Positions 9,874-20,265 of a stretch of DNA of 64,000 bases are shown here, piece by piece. The notes under the pieces are model-generated. The model saw only the letters and a program-made list of their open reading frames with translations. It did not search any database and had not been told where the DNA came from. Numbering within the stretch: position 1 is the first letter of the stretch; every line of letters begins with the position of its first letter. The stretch lies in IMG/VR virus record IMGVR_UViG_3300049215_000771, positions 434,001 through 498,000 of that record; one strand, written 5' to 3'. The translations under genes and the position numbers were made by a program.

Positions 9874-10941
9874 TCAAGAAATTGTTTTTTCGCAGATTTG
9901 CTTCCCAATTTGAAGCAACAGGTCACGGTCCAAACCGTCCGTTCCGACTTCATCAACGTACCGGGCCAGCATCTCATCTTCCTTGTATAAGATAGCTTTG
10001 GCGTCCTGGATTACATGCTCCTCCAGTTTCTTTTTCTGCTGCTTGATCTCCAGACTCCCGAAGTTGTGTTTTTCCGACAACTCCTTGCGCATCTGAATCA
10101 GGTCCGTCGCTCCAATGTCGTCCACCACCAGCCGAACGAAATCGCCATCCAGCTTCATCTTCTTCTTCACATCTTTCTGCCGCAAGATGACGTGTTTGGG
10201 GCTGAAGTCGTTCTCGATATAGGTTTTCTTGCCCGTGTGGACGTTGAAGGCCAAGATATGCTTCTTCTGGTTGGCCTCACCGAAAGAAAGTTCCAGCGGC
10301 GACCCAACATATTCCACAATATCGTTGAGTTGCTGGGCAGCGTGGTAATGTCCCAAAAATACGTTCTTGTAATAGTCGAACAGATCGGGACTAATACGCA
10401 TCATATCTCCGTCATGCTCAATCACCACGTCCGCCGTGTGTTCTCCGTGCAGCACGGCTCCGTCGATGGCAATATGCCCCAGGCAGTATTGGGGCTTGCC
10501 AGGACTCTTTTTCAGTTGCTCCAGCGCACTGATGGGGTCGTGAGTAAAGGGAATGAAGTCCCAGGTGCTACCGGAGAACAACTGGTGCAAACGAATCGGC
10601 TTGTCGATGATCGTGACACCGGGCAGTGACGAGAACGGGATCACACTACTGATGCTGGTATTGTCGTTGAACCACAAATCATGGTTTCCCAGCAACAACC
10701 ACAAGCGAATGTCACCCAGGAGGTTGCGGGCCAAAGTTTCGTAGAGCCGCTGGTAGGTGTAAACCTCGATCTTCTGCCGGTCGTGGAGAAGGTCGCCGCC
10801 GAAAAGGATGTCTGTGATATTTCGCTTGCGGGCTGTCTTGAATACCCAATCGACCACCTTCAGACAATCCTCCATGCGCTCGACCTTGCGCTTATGGGGG
10901 TGGACATGGGCATCAGTGAATATCAAAACCTCATCAGACAT
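9874..10941 (-). CDS. SbcD/Mre11-like (T4 gp47-like) metallophosphoesterase nuclease
   Basis: DAH, GDLLH, GNHD, GHYH and YVGSP motifs; start taken at MSDEV. Confidence 0.92.
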   Translation of the reverse strand: MSDEVLIFTDAHVHPHKRKVERMEDCLKVVDWVFKTARKRNITDILFGGDLLHDRQKIEVYTYQRLYETLARNLLGDIRLWLLLGNHDLWFNDNTSISSVIPFSSLPGVTIIDKPIRLHQLFSGSTWDFIPFTHDPISALEQLKKSPGKPQYCLGHIAIDGAVLHGEHTADVVIEHDGDMMRISPDLFDYYKNVFLGHYHAAQQLNDIVEYVGSPLELSFGEANQKKHILAFNVHTGKKTYIENDFSPKHVILRQKDVKKKMKLDGDFVRLVVDDIGATDLIQMRKELSEKHNFGSLEIKQQKKKLEEHVIQDAKAILYKEDEMLARYVDEVGTDGLDRDLLLQIGKQICEKTIS

Positions 10942-11218
10942 GATATTTCTCCAGAAGTTCCACCAAGATGTCTCCATGACAGGTTTTGGGTTTACACCAG
11001 CAGCCCAGCACCTTGTCTTTGAGTTCCGGCAAAGCCGCCATCAGGTCAGGTTGAGTGAGTATCCATTCTCGATATTTGGCGAGTGCTTCCTCCCTCGAAG
11101 TCACCCGATATTCAGCCAAAGTATTGGACAGGTGACTGAACGGGTTTCCCCATTTCGACGGGCGACCGATATAGACATCGTATTCGGCCCGTTTGCAATG
11201 AACAACTTTCGTCGCCAT
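10934..11218 (-). CDS. DUF4326-like protein
   Basis: YIGRPSKWGNPF ... LGCWCKP..CHGD pattern. Confidence 0.8.
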   Translation of the reverse strand: MATKVVHCKRAEYDVYIGRPSKWGNPFSHLSNTLAEYRVTSREEALAKYREWILTQPDLMAALPELKDKVLGCWCKPKTCHGDILVELLEKYHV

Positions 11219-11266
11219 TTTGATCTTCCTTTCGCAATATCAGGAAGATAACATATACCCCGTTGG

Positions 11267-12079
11267 GTGTCACCATCACATCTGAAGGAGATGATGGAAA
11301 TGTTCAAAACTTTCTGCTTTCTCGCCTTGACTATGGCTGCACAGCCACAACCTGAAGTGAAGGGTCCGCCTCCACCAACGGATGAGATCAAGGCGCTCGT
11401 CAAAGACCTGGGCGATGACAGTTTCCCGACCAGAGAAGCTGCATCTGCCAAACTCAAAAAGCTGGGGTACAAGGCTCTTTCTGCCTGTATTGCGGCACAG
11501 AAAGATAGTGACCTGGAGCGTGCAGCACGGGCTGGGCGAATTGTCGAGGCGTACTACAACGTCTACTACAACGGCAAAGAAAAAGATGTGCCACCTTGCC
11601 CAAGCATCTGGATGCTTGATGAGAAGCATCGCTTCCCGAAAGGCGTCAAGATCGTCAAAGACACGGACCCGCCTGACGCAAATCAGGGGCAAGTCACCGG
11701 GCCGAAAGGCTGGTGCAAGGAAATGACGGGCTACGACCTGTCAGCCTACTACTTCAAAAAAGCCCGCAAGAAGTTCAACGATGGTTTGAAAACAGCGCAA
11801 CTGGCAACTGGCTGGCGGGTTGACGAAGGCGTTTGGATCAACGATCAGATTGAAAAAGACGCCATGCGCATGTACATCCAGGACCAGTTGAATCAAGGCG
11901 TTGATCGTGAAGAAGTACAAAAACTCGTCAACATCAGCGCCAAGATGTGTGTTACCCACAAGCTAATGCACAGACACTACGGCGGCGGTAGTCCTGGCAC
12001 GGTAATTCCTGGCCCGGCAGTGCCGAAAGAAGAAGTCCCCGACAACTCGGAATACCGATTCCAGCAATGGGGCGGCTGA
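11267..12079 (+). CDS. Secreted protein with a planctomycete-type HEAT-like repeat
   Basis: Signal-like segment FCFLALTMAAQ followed by LVKDLGDDSFPTREAASAKL. Confidence 0.55.
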   Translation: MSPSHLKEMMEMFKTFCFLALTMAAQPQPEVKGPPPPTDEIKALVKDLGDDSFPTREAASAKLKKLGYKALSACIAAQKDSDLERAARAGRIVEAYYNVYYNGKEKDVPPCPSIWMLDEKHRFPKGVKIVKDTDPPDANQGQVTGPKGWCKEMTGYDLSAYYFKKARKKFNDGLKTAQLATGWRVDEGVWINDQIEKDAMRMYIQDQLNQGVDREEVQKLVNISAKMCVTHKLMHRHYGGGSPGTVIPGPAVPKEEVPDNSEYRFQQWGG

Positions 12080-12118
12080 CTTTGTTTCTTCGGATGCGGT
12101 CTGCGTCCTATGGCCGGT

Positions 12119-12475
12119 TTAGCCCTTCGTGCCAGCGGACTTCTTCTCGCTAGATGATGGCTTACCTTCTTGTTGGGCGGAATCGCCCCCGCCCAACAAA
12201 GTTTCCAACACATCCCACACGTTTGTAGCTTTCAATTTCTCAGCAGGCGTTCCGCCACCTGGGGCTGGCGCTCCGGGCATTCCACCCATTCCACCACCAG
12301 GCGGCATTCCACCCATCGCTCCACCAGGAGGCGGCGCACCAGCACCACCAGGCGGGGCACCAGGCAACGCTCCAGGCGCACCCAACCCACCAGGCGCAGG
12401 GGCACCACCTGGGGCCGGGGCAGGCCCGACCTCCATCAACATCTTCTGCTCAAGGAATGACTTGAAAGTATTCAT
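12119..12475 (-). CDS. Pro/Gly-rich putative internal virion protein
   Basis: Start MNTFKSFLE at 12475; TAAATA 8 nt upstream; APPGG/PGG low-complexity repeats. Confidence 0.55.
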   Translation of the reverse strand: MNTFKSFLEQKMLMEVGPAPAPGGAPAPGGLGAPGALPGAPPGGAGAPPPGGAMGGMPPGGGMGGMPGAPAPGGGTPAEKLKATNVWDVLETLLGGGDSAQQEGKPSSSEKKSAGTKG

Positions 12476-12483
12476 ACTACTCG

Positions 12484-12489
12484 TATTTA
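12484..12489 (-). promoter_or_regulatory. T4 late-promoter-like TAAATA box (also at 2548, 4221, 28065 and 55836 on minus, and 19814 on plus)
   Basis: Recurring (C)TAAATA just upstream of gene or RNA starts; core of the T4 gp55 consensus TATAAATA. Confidence 0.55.
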
Positions 12490-12549
12490 GGTTTGCCATC
12501 CAGAATTTGTTGTCTTCCAAGGGGGTATATAACTGTCCCAAGGAGGAAA

Positions 12550-13335
12550 ATGAGAAGGATTCTGATTGTAGGATGCCACAGAAGCGGGACCACGCTCATG
12601 CGCTTGGTTCTCGACTCGCACCCCCTGATTCACTGTTTCGACGAATGGAAGGCATACGACGCCCTGAAGAATGACGAATTCGCAAATGCTAAGAACGCCG
12701 AAATACTCGGCTTCAAAATCCCCAACTGGACCGAATATCTGGTTGATTGCGACGACTTCAAAAAATACTACCAGGATGATGATTACATTATTTTCATGCT
12801 GAGAGATGTGCGTGCCGTCATTGCCTCAATGCTCTCCCTGCGCACCAAACCAGACCGAGTTTGGTTCCAGGGAGCCGTCAACGCCGTCACCAAGAAATGG
12901 CCCATCGACCCCAAACGAAAATTTCTACAAACCTGTGGGGACGAACTCGCCAAAATAGAAACTATGCCCCTGGCCGATTACAGAAAAGCTGCTTTGTACT
13001 GGAGATACAAAACCTCCAAATACCTGGAGATGGTGGCTCTCGGCTGGCGTGTTGTACCTGTGTTCTACGAGAAGTTCGTAGACAGGCCCGAATCACACAT
13101 GCGTATTTTGATGAAAACTCTAAATATACCGTGGAGTGATATGCTCATGCAACACCACCAACTGGCCCATGACGAAGTAACCAATGGCATGGCTGTAGGT
13201 AACACCAATGCCCAGCGTGCAGTAGACACGGGGTCTGTAAACAAATGGGAAGATATTTTGACCGCCGATCAGCAACAAGCCATCATGGAAACAGCGGGCG
13301 AGTTGAATGACTACATTTCCCATCTAAGGAGATAA
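12550..13335 (+). CDS. Sulfotransferase family protein
   Basis: GCHRSGTT 5'-PSB loop, RDVRAVIAS 3'-PB motif, YEKFV..PE; AAGGAGG RBS before ATG 12550. Confidence 0.85.
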   Translation: MRRILIVGCHRSGTTLMRLVLDSHPLIHCFDEWKAYDALKNDEFANAKNAEILGFKIPNWTEYLVDCDDFKKYYQDDDYIIFMLRDVRAVIASMLSLRTKPDRVWFQGAVNAVTKKWPIDPKRKFLQTCGDELAKIETMPLADYRKAALYWRYKTSKYLEMVALGWRVVPVFYEKFVDRPESHMRILMKTLNIPWSDMLMQHHQLAHDEVTNGMAVGNTNAQRAVDTGSVNKWEDILTADQQQAIMETAGELNDYISHLRR

Positions 13336-15492
13336 ATGGCAGTTAGCTACGCACAACGAGTTCGGGAAAATACCACGACAACCGGCACAGGGACAATCGA
13401 CCTGGGCGGTGCATCAGCAGGCTACCAGGCTATTTTGGGGGCCGCTGATGACTTTGGCACGATCAATTCCGGCGATACCATCTACTATCTCATTCTCGAT
13501 CAAGTTCACGGCGATTGGGAAGTTGGGCGTGGCACTGTTACATCGGGCAGCCCAAACACCCTCAGTCGAGATGTTGTTTCAGCCAGCAGCAACAGCAACA
13601 GCTTGGTAGACTTCAAATCTGGCACTAAATTCGTTCAACTCCGACAACCAGAACAATACGCCTTCACTCAGCCAGGCAACTTGGTTTTCGCCAGCCCAGC
13701 AGATGGCAGTACAGGCTCGCCCGCCTTCCGTGCCCTGGTAACTGCCGACTTCCCTGCCAGCGGCGCTTCGGCTGCCAGCTATGGTGATGCTACCGACGTA
13801 CCTCAAATCACGGTAGATGCAACAGGAAGGATCACGTCAATAACCACCACGGCCATAACTGGCGTTCCACCAGGAGGGAATGCGGGCGGCGATCTAACAG
13901 GAACTTATCCTAATCCAACACTTATCACCACTGGTGTTGGTGCTGGAACCTACGGCGATGCTACTGATGTACCGCAAATTACTGTCGATGCCAACGGACG
14001 CATTACGTCCGCAACTACTGTAGCTATTTCTGGTGGTTCTCCCACGGGCAGCGCCGGCGGTGACTTGTCGGGAACTTACCCAAACCCAACTGTAGCTCAG
14101 TTGCAAGGCTACCCGGTGTCCAACACAGCCCCAACAGATCAGTATGTACTAACCTGGAGTGCTGGTGGTGGTGCATGGCAACCTGCTGCGGCAAGCGGCG
14201 GTGGCGGAAACACATCTGTAGGCAGCTTGTTGAACGTACAAATTTTCGCCACCAATGGCAGCTATACCTACACGCCAACTACCGGCATGTCTATTTGTAT
14301 TGTTGAATGTGTAGGTTCTGGTGCGGGTGGTGGCGGTGCAACTAGAGGCTCCAGCCAATGTGGGGCCGGTGCCGGTGGCGGTGGTGGCGGGTATTCGAGA
14401 TCGACACTTACTTCTTCTGCAATTGGCAGCAGTCAAACCATCACGGTAGGAGCAGGTGGCAGTGGTGGAGCCAATACAGGCGGCACAGGTAGCAACGGAA
14501 ACCCTTCATCGCTCGGAAGTCTCGTAATCGCCAACGGCGGCACAGGTGGTGCTGGGCAAACAACAGGCTCGGCAGTTGGCATCGTCGCAGGTGGCGCAGG
14601 AGGAACAACAGGTACGGGAGATTTGGCTATCGTCGGTGGCTATGGAGGCCAAGGCATCAGACTTTCTGGTACGGTATGCACCAGCGGACCCGGAGGCGGG
14701 GGTTTTTATTCTCGTTCTGGCCAAAGCCTGAACACCAACGCACAAGGAACAAATGGAATCGGACCTGGAGGCGGGGGCAGCGGCGGCTGCGCCACATCTG
14801 CGAACCAATTGGGTGGCACTGGTGCTGATGGTCTTGTAGTTATTTGGGAATATGGCAATCTGCTGAACGTGCAAATCTTTAACGTCAATGGAAGCTACAC
14901 CTACACACCAACAACCGGCATGAATACTTGTGTTGTTGAATGTCTAGGCTCTGGCGCTGGAGGCGGGGGTGCAACAAGGGGATCAAGTGCTTGTGGTGTT
15001 GGTGCCGGTGGGGGCGGTGGCAGTTACAGCCGGTCTAAACTAACAGCACTACAAGTTGCAGGAGGCCAAACCGTCACAGTAGGAGCAGGTGGCAGCGGTG
15101 GAGCTAACACGGGCGGCACGGGCGGTAGCGGCAATACTTCTTCATTCGGCAGTTTCGTCAGCGCCAACGGCGGTACAGGCGGTGTCGGTATGACAACAGG
15201 CTCCACGGCGGCAATCTCGGCGGGCGGTGCTGGCGGAACAGCAGGCACAGGAGATTTCGCTATTGCTGGCGGCTATGGCGGCAATGGCATTCGGCTCTCC
15301 GGTAGCGTTTGCACAAGTGGTGGTGGCGGCGGCACGGTGTACGGCCCGATTGGTCGTAGCCTAAACGCAAATGCTGTCGGAAGCAATGGCGCTACACCAG
15401 GAGCCGGGGGCAGCGGTGGTTGTGCCATATCTGCCGCCCAGCTAGGAGGAAGCGGCGCTGATGGAATGGTGGTTATTTGGGAATACAGCTAA
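13336..15492 (+). CDS. Glycine-rich tail fibre/structural protein with a duplicated C-terminal domain
   Basis: N-terminal [12 protein letters not shown] motif, GGDLxGTYPNPT repeats and two tandem Gly-rich domains. Confidence 0.7.
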   Translation: MAVSYAQRVRENTTTTGTGTIDLGGASAGYQAILGAADDFGTINSGDTIYYLILDQVHGDWEVGRGTVTSGSPNTLSRDVVSASSNSNSLVDFKSGTKFVQLRQPEQYAFTQPGNLVFASPADGSTGSPAFRALVTADFPASGASAASYGDATDVPQITVDATGRITSITTTAITGVPPGGNAGGDLTGTYPNPTLITTGVGAGTYGDATDVPQITVDANGRITSATTVAISGGSPTGSAGGDLSGTYPNPTVAQLQGYPVSNTAPTDQYVLTWSAGGGAWQPAAASGGGGNTSVGSLLNVQIFATNGSYTYTPTTGMSICIVECVGSGAGGGGATRGSSQCGAGAGGGGGGYSRSTLTSSAIGSSQTITVGAGGSGGANTGGTGSNGNPSSLGSLVIANGGTGGAGQTTGSAVGIVAGGAGGTTGTGDLAIVGGYGGQGIRLSGTVCTSGPGGGGFYSRSGQSLNTNAQGTNGIGPGGGGSGGCATSANQLGGTGADGLVVIWEYGNLLNVQIFNVNGSYTYTPTTGMNTCVVECLGSGAGGGGATRGSSACGVGAGGGGGSYSRSKLTALQVAGGQTVTVGAGGSGGANTGGTGGSGNTSSFGSFVSANGGTGGVGMTTGSTAAISAGGAGGTAGTGDFAIAGGYGGNGIRLSGSVCTSGGGGGTVYGPIGRSLNANAVGSNGATPGAGGSGGCAISAAQLGGSGADGMVVIWEYS
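14227..15486 (+). repeat. Tandem duplication of a ~209-codon domain (14227-14853 and 14860-15486)
   Basis: Both copies run LLNVQIF...TYTPTTGM...VIWEY, with high amino-acid identity and many synonymous differences. Confidence 0.9.
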
Positions 15493-16097
15493 TGTACTTC
15501 AGTCCGAAACCAAGAATTCTTTGTCCAGGTGCGGCTCGTTACCAGAAGTACCTGCCAGACCTGGAAATTGATACCTTCAGAAAACATCAAAACTACGATC
15601 TGGAGTTGGAACATGAACCAGAAGGTTACGACGGTCTTATTTTCGGCCCTGACATCCGATTCAAAAACAGGGGCTTTGCCGTAGTTTACACAGACCCGGA
15701 TTTGAAGAAATACTACATCTGGTTGAAAGTGCGGGAAGCGTTAGAACCACATGGGGTTCACTTCACGGAGTTGACTGAAAATTGTTCGCCAGAAGATCGC
15801 AACGACATCTACAACCAATGTAAGATCGTAATCCCATTCAACATTGAAGCTGCGGCGTGTGGACTCATTCCACTTTCAGACAAGAAAGAAAAACTAAAAA
15901 ATGTGTTCACAGTTGAAGCAGACCCGCAGGCGTACATCAACCATATTCTCTACTTGAGAGATAACCCCGAAATAACCAAAAATATGCACCGGGGATTGCT
16001 CAAAGAAGTGTACTTCTGGCAAGATCGCTACATGGCGGAATGCTGGGCGGCGTCCGTCGAGAAAGAGTTATTGAAGCGACGGGCATACATATTGTGA
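15492..16097 (+). CDS. Hypothetical protein, possibly a glycosyltransferase-1-like fragment
   Basis: TAATG coupling to the fibre gene; EAAACGLIPL resembles the GT-B 'EA.A.G' motif. Confidence 0.4.
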   Translation: MYFSPKPRILCPGAARYQKYLPDLEIDTFRKHQNYDLELEHEPEGYDGLIFGPDIRFKNRGFAVVYTDPDLKKYYIWLKVREALEPHGVHFTELTENCSPEDRNDIYNQCKIVIPFNIEAAACGLIPLSDKKEKLKNVFTVEADPQAYINHILYLRDNPEITKNMHRGLLKEVYFWQDRYMAECWAASVEKELLKRRAYIL

Positions 16098-16168
16098 GGT
16101 TTTGAGGGATCAAAACCCCGGCCAGGCTCATGAAGCGAAAGCAACAAAAAGCCCAGCCGGGCATGATT

Positions 16169-17644
16169 TCACGGTAGGCCCAATTCCTTGCGGGCAACTT
16201 TGTCAATCGGCAAAGGAGCGCCCATCACAGCCGTTCGTCCGCTCGTCGTCGTGGGGAAGGCGATAACTTCCTTCATCGAGTCCTCCTTGCACGCCAACAT
16301 CACCAGTCGGTCAATACCGAGAGCAATCCCTGCGTGTGGTGGAGTGCCGTAGTCGAAGGCTTCCAGCATATGCCCCACGCTGCGTTCGATCTCCGGTTGA
16401 GAATATCCCATTACCTTGTACGTTGCTTCCAGCATCGCCCTGGTATGTGCCCGAACGCTACCTGACCCGATCTCCATGCCGTTGCACACCAGGTCGTACT
16501 GATGAGCAACGATGTCACCCACGTTCTGACCCTGGAGTAGCCAATCACTGTGTTCTTCCAGCGGGGCCGAAAACGGGTTGTGCATGAAGGTCCACGAGGA
16601 CTTGCTGTCCAGCTTATCAACATCTTCCTTCGCCGGCTTGAACATTGGGAAGCGGACGATCCAGCAAAACATCAATGCGCCGGCGTCCTTCTGTGCCTGC
16701 GTCCTGATGTCGGGCTTGTCCGTGCCCCACCGATTCATCGCTTCTTCGTAGGTGAAGATCGGGAAGCTGTTGCCGATGCCGCCGAGATAGGGATAGCGTT
16801 TTAACTGCCCGCCTTCATAGGTCCACGGCTCGTAGAGTTCTTTTTCTTTCTCGTAGTCCCAAATCTTCAGCTTGTAGAAAATAGAACGAACAACTTCCGT
16901 AGCTGTGTGCAACACGCTACTTTCGGTGCCGAAAGCCATTTCCAGGTCAACCTGGGTAAACTCGAAGCCCCGGTCGGAACGAGGAGTCTCGTCCCTGAAG
17001 CACCGAGCAATCTGGTAGTAGGCCGGCACGCCACCCGTCATCAACAATTGCTTGTACTGCTGCGGGCTTTGTGGCAGGGCATAGAACTCGTTGTGGTAGA
17101 GCCGAGAAGGAACAACGAAGTCCCGTGCCCCTTCCTTTGTGGGAGCCGCCAAGATTGGCGTCTCGATCTCCAGAAAACCTCGCCCGTCCAGACACTCACG
17201 GATCGCCTGAAGGGTCTTGGCACGAACCCGAAGGTTGCGTGCCATACGCTTGCGGCGAAGGTCGATGTATCTGTAGCGAAGGCGCTTGTCGATGTCGGTT
17301 TCGTATCCGTCCGACTGAACTGTGATCGGCAGCGGCTTCGTGGCGTTGAGAACTTCGACGTTCCCGACCACGAACTCCACCTTGCCCGTGTACATATCGG
17401 GATTTTCCATGTGTTCAGGGCGGGCTTTCACCTGGCCATGAAACCTCACAACATCTTCGAGATTCAACCCGGCAAGGGTTTTGTTGCGACCGACACACTG
17501 CACGATGTAACCTTCACCATCCCGAAGGTCAATGAAGGTCATTTTGCCGTGGTCACGCTTGGCGTCCACCCACCCCTGGATGGAAAAAAGAGTCGAAGAC
17601 CCCGCCAAACGGACTGTGGACTCAATGCTTGTGTGTTGAGACAT
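16169..17644 (-). CDS. aspS: Aspartyl-tRNA synthetase, compact (GAD domain absent), non-discriminating signature
   Basis: OB fold GWV..KRDHG..FIDLRD; motif 2 QIARCFRDE; GTDKPDIR joined directly to FCWIVRFPMF; motif 3 GIDRL. Start MSQH at 17644. Confidence 0.93.
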   Translation of the reverse strand: MSQHTSIESTVRLAGSSTLFSIQGWVDAKRDHGKMTFIDLRDGEGYIVQCVGRNKTLAGLNLEDVVRFHGQVKARPEHMENPDMYTGKVEFVVGNVEVLNATKPLPITVQSDGYETDIDKRLRYRYIDLRRKRMARNLRVRAKTLQAIRECLDGRGFLEIETPILAAPTKEGARDFVVPSRLYHNEFYALPQSPQQYKQLLMTGGVPAYYQIARCFRDETPRSDRGFEFTQVDLEMAFGTESSVLHTATEVVRSIFYKLKIWDYEKEKELYEPWTYEGGQLKRYPYLGGIGNSFPIFTYEEAMNRWGTDKPDIRTQAQKDAGALMFCWIVRFPMFKPAKEDVDKLDSKSSWTFMHNPFSAPLEEHSDWLLQGQNVGDIVAHQYDLVCNGMEIGSGSVRAHTRAMLEATYKVMGYSQPEIERSVGHMLEAFDYGTPPHAGIALGIDRLVMLACKEDSMKEVIAFPTTTSGRTAVMGAPLPIDKVARKELGLP

Positions 17645-17897
17645 CGTATTCCTCGGTTTCCAAAGGTTCTGTATGTGTTGCCAAAGGCGGCGCAGGGTAG
17701 TGTTCGCACGGAGAAGGCCACCACACAAGTAGCGGCCCCATGACGTTGACTTCCCACCTTCCCCATCGCCCGCCCAAGGCTCGTCTGTAACCACGATACT
17801 CCCAAAAACGACTAGGTTCGCTCGCCTTGCCACGGAGTTTCTTCCAAAGCAAGATCAGGGACCACATGATTGTACTCCGTTTGTTTGAGGTTGTAAA

Positions 17898-19343
17898 TCA
17901 AAAATCAATACCATCTTTGATGATAACCTCGTGACCCTGCTCCTGCAAGATGCGAATTCGTTTCTTGGAGTGATCCAGCAGGTAATCGTTGATGTCGAAC
18001 ACGAAATCGTAGTAATTCAAGCCAGCCTTATCTTCCGCCTTGCGTAGACCTCGGCCCATGCGCTGAACGATTAGGTGATCTGCTTGCCCGCCAGCGGCGT
18101 TGATGAGATTGTGAATGAAAACATTGATGCCTGTGTTGAAGATTTGCTGCGTTGCAATTGCAACAACATCCTGGCTCGATTTCTGAAGCTGCTTGATGAC
18201 ACTTTTCCTGGTTGTCGCATTGTCCTTGCCCTGAACCCACAAGCTGCCAGGAATCAAGCTGTGCAAGGCATCTCCGTGAGCGATGCGATCCACTAAAATC
18301 AACGTCCGGCCTGTTTGTTGGGTCGCCAATCGCTTCACGATGTCGTGGAAGTAGTAGCTTTCAGCAATGCCACGGGTCACGGCATCCATGTAGATGTCAT
18401 GAGGAATTTTTGGTTCGTCGATTGGGTAGAAGATACATTTCGAGGCCGACAAGATGCCACGATTCTGCAATTCCTGTGTTGTCAGGATTCCAGTCGTCGT
18501 AGATTTCTTCAGCTTCAGAACCGGCCCGAAGAAACCTTTGACGTAGAACTTCTGTACTGTGTCCGTCTCGCCAAACTTGAATGGCGTGGCGGACATGGCG
18601 ATCCGTACCGACGCCAACTTCATACGCCTGTACACAGCTTTGGGCATGGCCGACATCATGTCGTGAATTTCGTCAACAATCAAAGCCTTGAACTTTGGCA
18701 GGAGGCGTTCGATTTTCTGTGCCGACTGGACTGTGGCGACTGTGATAAGATTGGGTTTGAACGTACCACCCCAAACCGCCCCGACACCAGGAAACCCCCA
18801 CTGGCAGATTTCATCGTAGTTTTGCTGCGCCAGACCCGCTCGGTTTTGAAGGATCAAAGTAGGAGTGCCTGGAGGCAAAGCCTTCAAAATACCAACCATG
18901 ATGTTGGTTTTACCAGCCGAAGTAGGGGCAAAAACCACGCCTCGGTGGTGTTTGTTGACTAAGTTGATGAATTCAACCTGGTAATCATGGAGGGTGATCG
19001 GGTCTTTGCCTTTCTGGAGCCAGCGGTTGAGAAACTGGTCATCTACCGACTCGATTCCTGTGTTGATACGCTGGCGCTCGTCGATGACCTGGTATTTGAC
19101 TCCCAGCTTATCATCAAGAATAAACTGAACTTCAGGCAGAAGCCCCGTCAGAAACTTTCCTGTCTCGATTTTGAAGAATTCGGTGTAGCCATCCCATAGT
19201 CGTTGTTTGTAACGTCGATTGTGGAAGTAATTCCTTTCACGAAATCGTAGCTTGTCCCACAAGACATGCTTGATACCCATATCATCGGAGATGAAATACG
19301 AGTAGTCATTGCTGATCTTGAGGAGGTTGTTGCTGTTGCTCAT
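17898..19343 (-). CDS. Superfamily II helicase, UvsW-like
   Basis: APTSAGKT, VDEIH, SAT, NTGIN and QRMGRGLR motifs; N-terminal UvsW-like domain. Confidence 0.88.
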   Translation of the reverse strand: MSNSNNLLKISNDYSYFISDDMGIKHVLWDKLRFRERNYFHNRRYKQRLWDGYTEFFKIETGKFLTGLLPEVQFILDDKLGVKYQVIDERQRINTGIESVDDQFLNRWLQKGKDPITLHDYQVEFINLVNKHHRGVVFAPTSAGKTNIMVGILKALPPGTPTLILQNRAGLAQQNYDEICQWGFPGVGAVWGGTFKPNLITVATVQSAQKIERLLPKFKALIVDEIHDMMSAMPKAVYRRMKLASVRIAMSATPFKFGETDTVQKFYVKGFFGPVLKLKKSTTTGILTTQELQNRGILSASKCIFYPIDEPKIPHDIYMDAVTRGIAESYYFHDIVKRLATQQTGRTLILVDRIAHGDALHSLIPGSLWVQGKDNATTRKSVIKQLQKSSQDVVAIATQQIFNTGINVFIHNLINAAGGQADHLIVQRMGRGLRKAEDKAGLNYYDFVFDINDYLLDHSKKRIRILQEQGHEVIIKDGIDF

Positions 19344-19497
19344 TAGTACCTTTGCTCAGTGATGCCAACTGGTTGCGTATCGGGTTGGCGAGGGATATTT
19401 TACCCGATTTGTGCCCCCGGCGTCGAGTCTTCTTCTTGGGTTTTCTTCCACAACACATATTGCCTCCAGGGTATATATGGTCGGGTATAATTACTTC

Positions 19498-19812
19498 ATG
19501 ATCCAGCCGATTCTCGAACTTGATCCTTTGGTGGTGTGCAACCAGAACCGGAAGTTGAAAGCTGTCTGGTCGATGGAAGCACAGCAAGATGTTCGTGCCA
19601 TGCACAACATCCCGGCAGCCAGTGCGCTCGCTGCGCAGATAGCGGCAGAAATCAACGCCGAGATCGACCAGGAAATACTCAACGACTTGAGGAATGCTAT
19701 AAATCCATTCCCACAGTACATCCCACCACCCGCCCCGAAACCTGAAGTGTGGGGCGTCAAGAAGAAAGCCCGCAAGCAGTACCGTTCGATTGATGATCCG
19801 TGGGAGAAGTGA
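19498..19812 (+). CDS. Small protein containing an internal segment of a T4 gp23-like major capsid protein
   Basis: RKLKAVWSMEAQQDVRAMHNI...AEINAEIDQEILNDL matches the recalled gp23 segment R.LKA.(Y/W)S.E.AQDLRA.HG......EI..EI.REI; ends with the RSIDD motif. Confidence 0.65.
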   Translation: MIQPILELDPLVVCNQNRKLKAVWSMEAQQDVRAMHNIPAASALAAQIAAEINAEIDQEILNDLRNAINPFPQYIPPPAPKPEVWGVKKKARKQYRSIDDPWEK

Positions 19813-19917
19813 ATAAATACTTTACTGGAGGTATATGGACATACAGAAGAAAATCTACTTGTTGAACAAGTTCCCCAACATTGGGAACGTCATACCCGGC
19901 ATGAGGGTGGTGAAGGT

Positions 19918-20265
19918 ATGAATTACCAATGTGTCGGAAGTGGCGGGGTAAGTGTAGGCGGCTGTGCCCCAACTGAGAAATTCATATTCTTGTACTTCAA
20001 GTACGGCGAGGGGTCCATTGTTTTTAACGCCGCCAAAGCCGCTAAAGGTGTGTTGGAAGCCATAGCAATAAAACACGTCCGCCTGGTAAACAACAAGCGG
20101 ACGTATGGGAAAACTCTCCCTTTGTATCAAGACACCCTGAACGGTCTGTGGAACGAAAATGAACTCATTCCCGAAGACGAGGCCCGTACCATTGCAGGAA
20201 TGTACCTGGCACAGCAAATGGCCCTGCTCAAGCAGGGCCAACTTACCTGCCCAACTTCTTCCTGA
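19918..20265 (+). CDS. Hypothetical (probably late) protein
   Basis: Lies downstream of TAAATA at 19814-19819. Confidence 0.5.
   Translation: MNYQCVGSGGVSVGGCAPTEKFIFLYFKYGEGSIVFNAAKAAKGVLEAIAIKHVRLVNNKRTYGKTLPLYQDTLNGLWNENELIPEDEARTIAGMYLAQQMALLKQGQLTCPTSS

Noticed and set aside
12250-12430. CCACCAGGCG-type short repeats
   Set aside because: Explained by Pro/Gly low-complexity coding.
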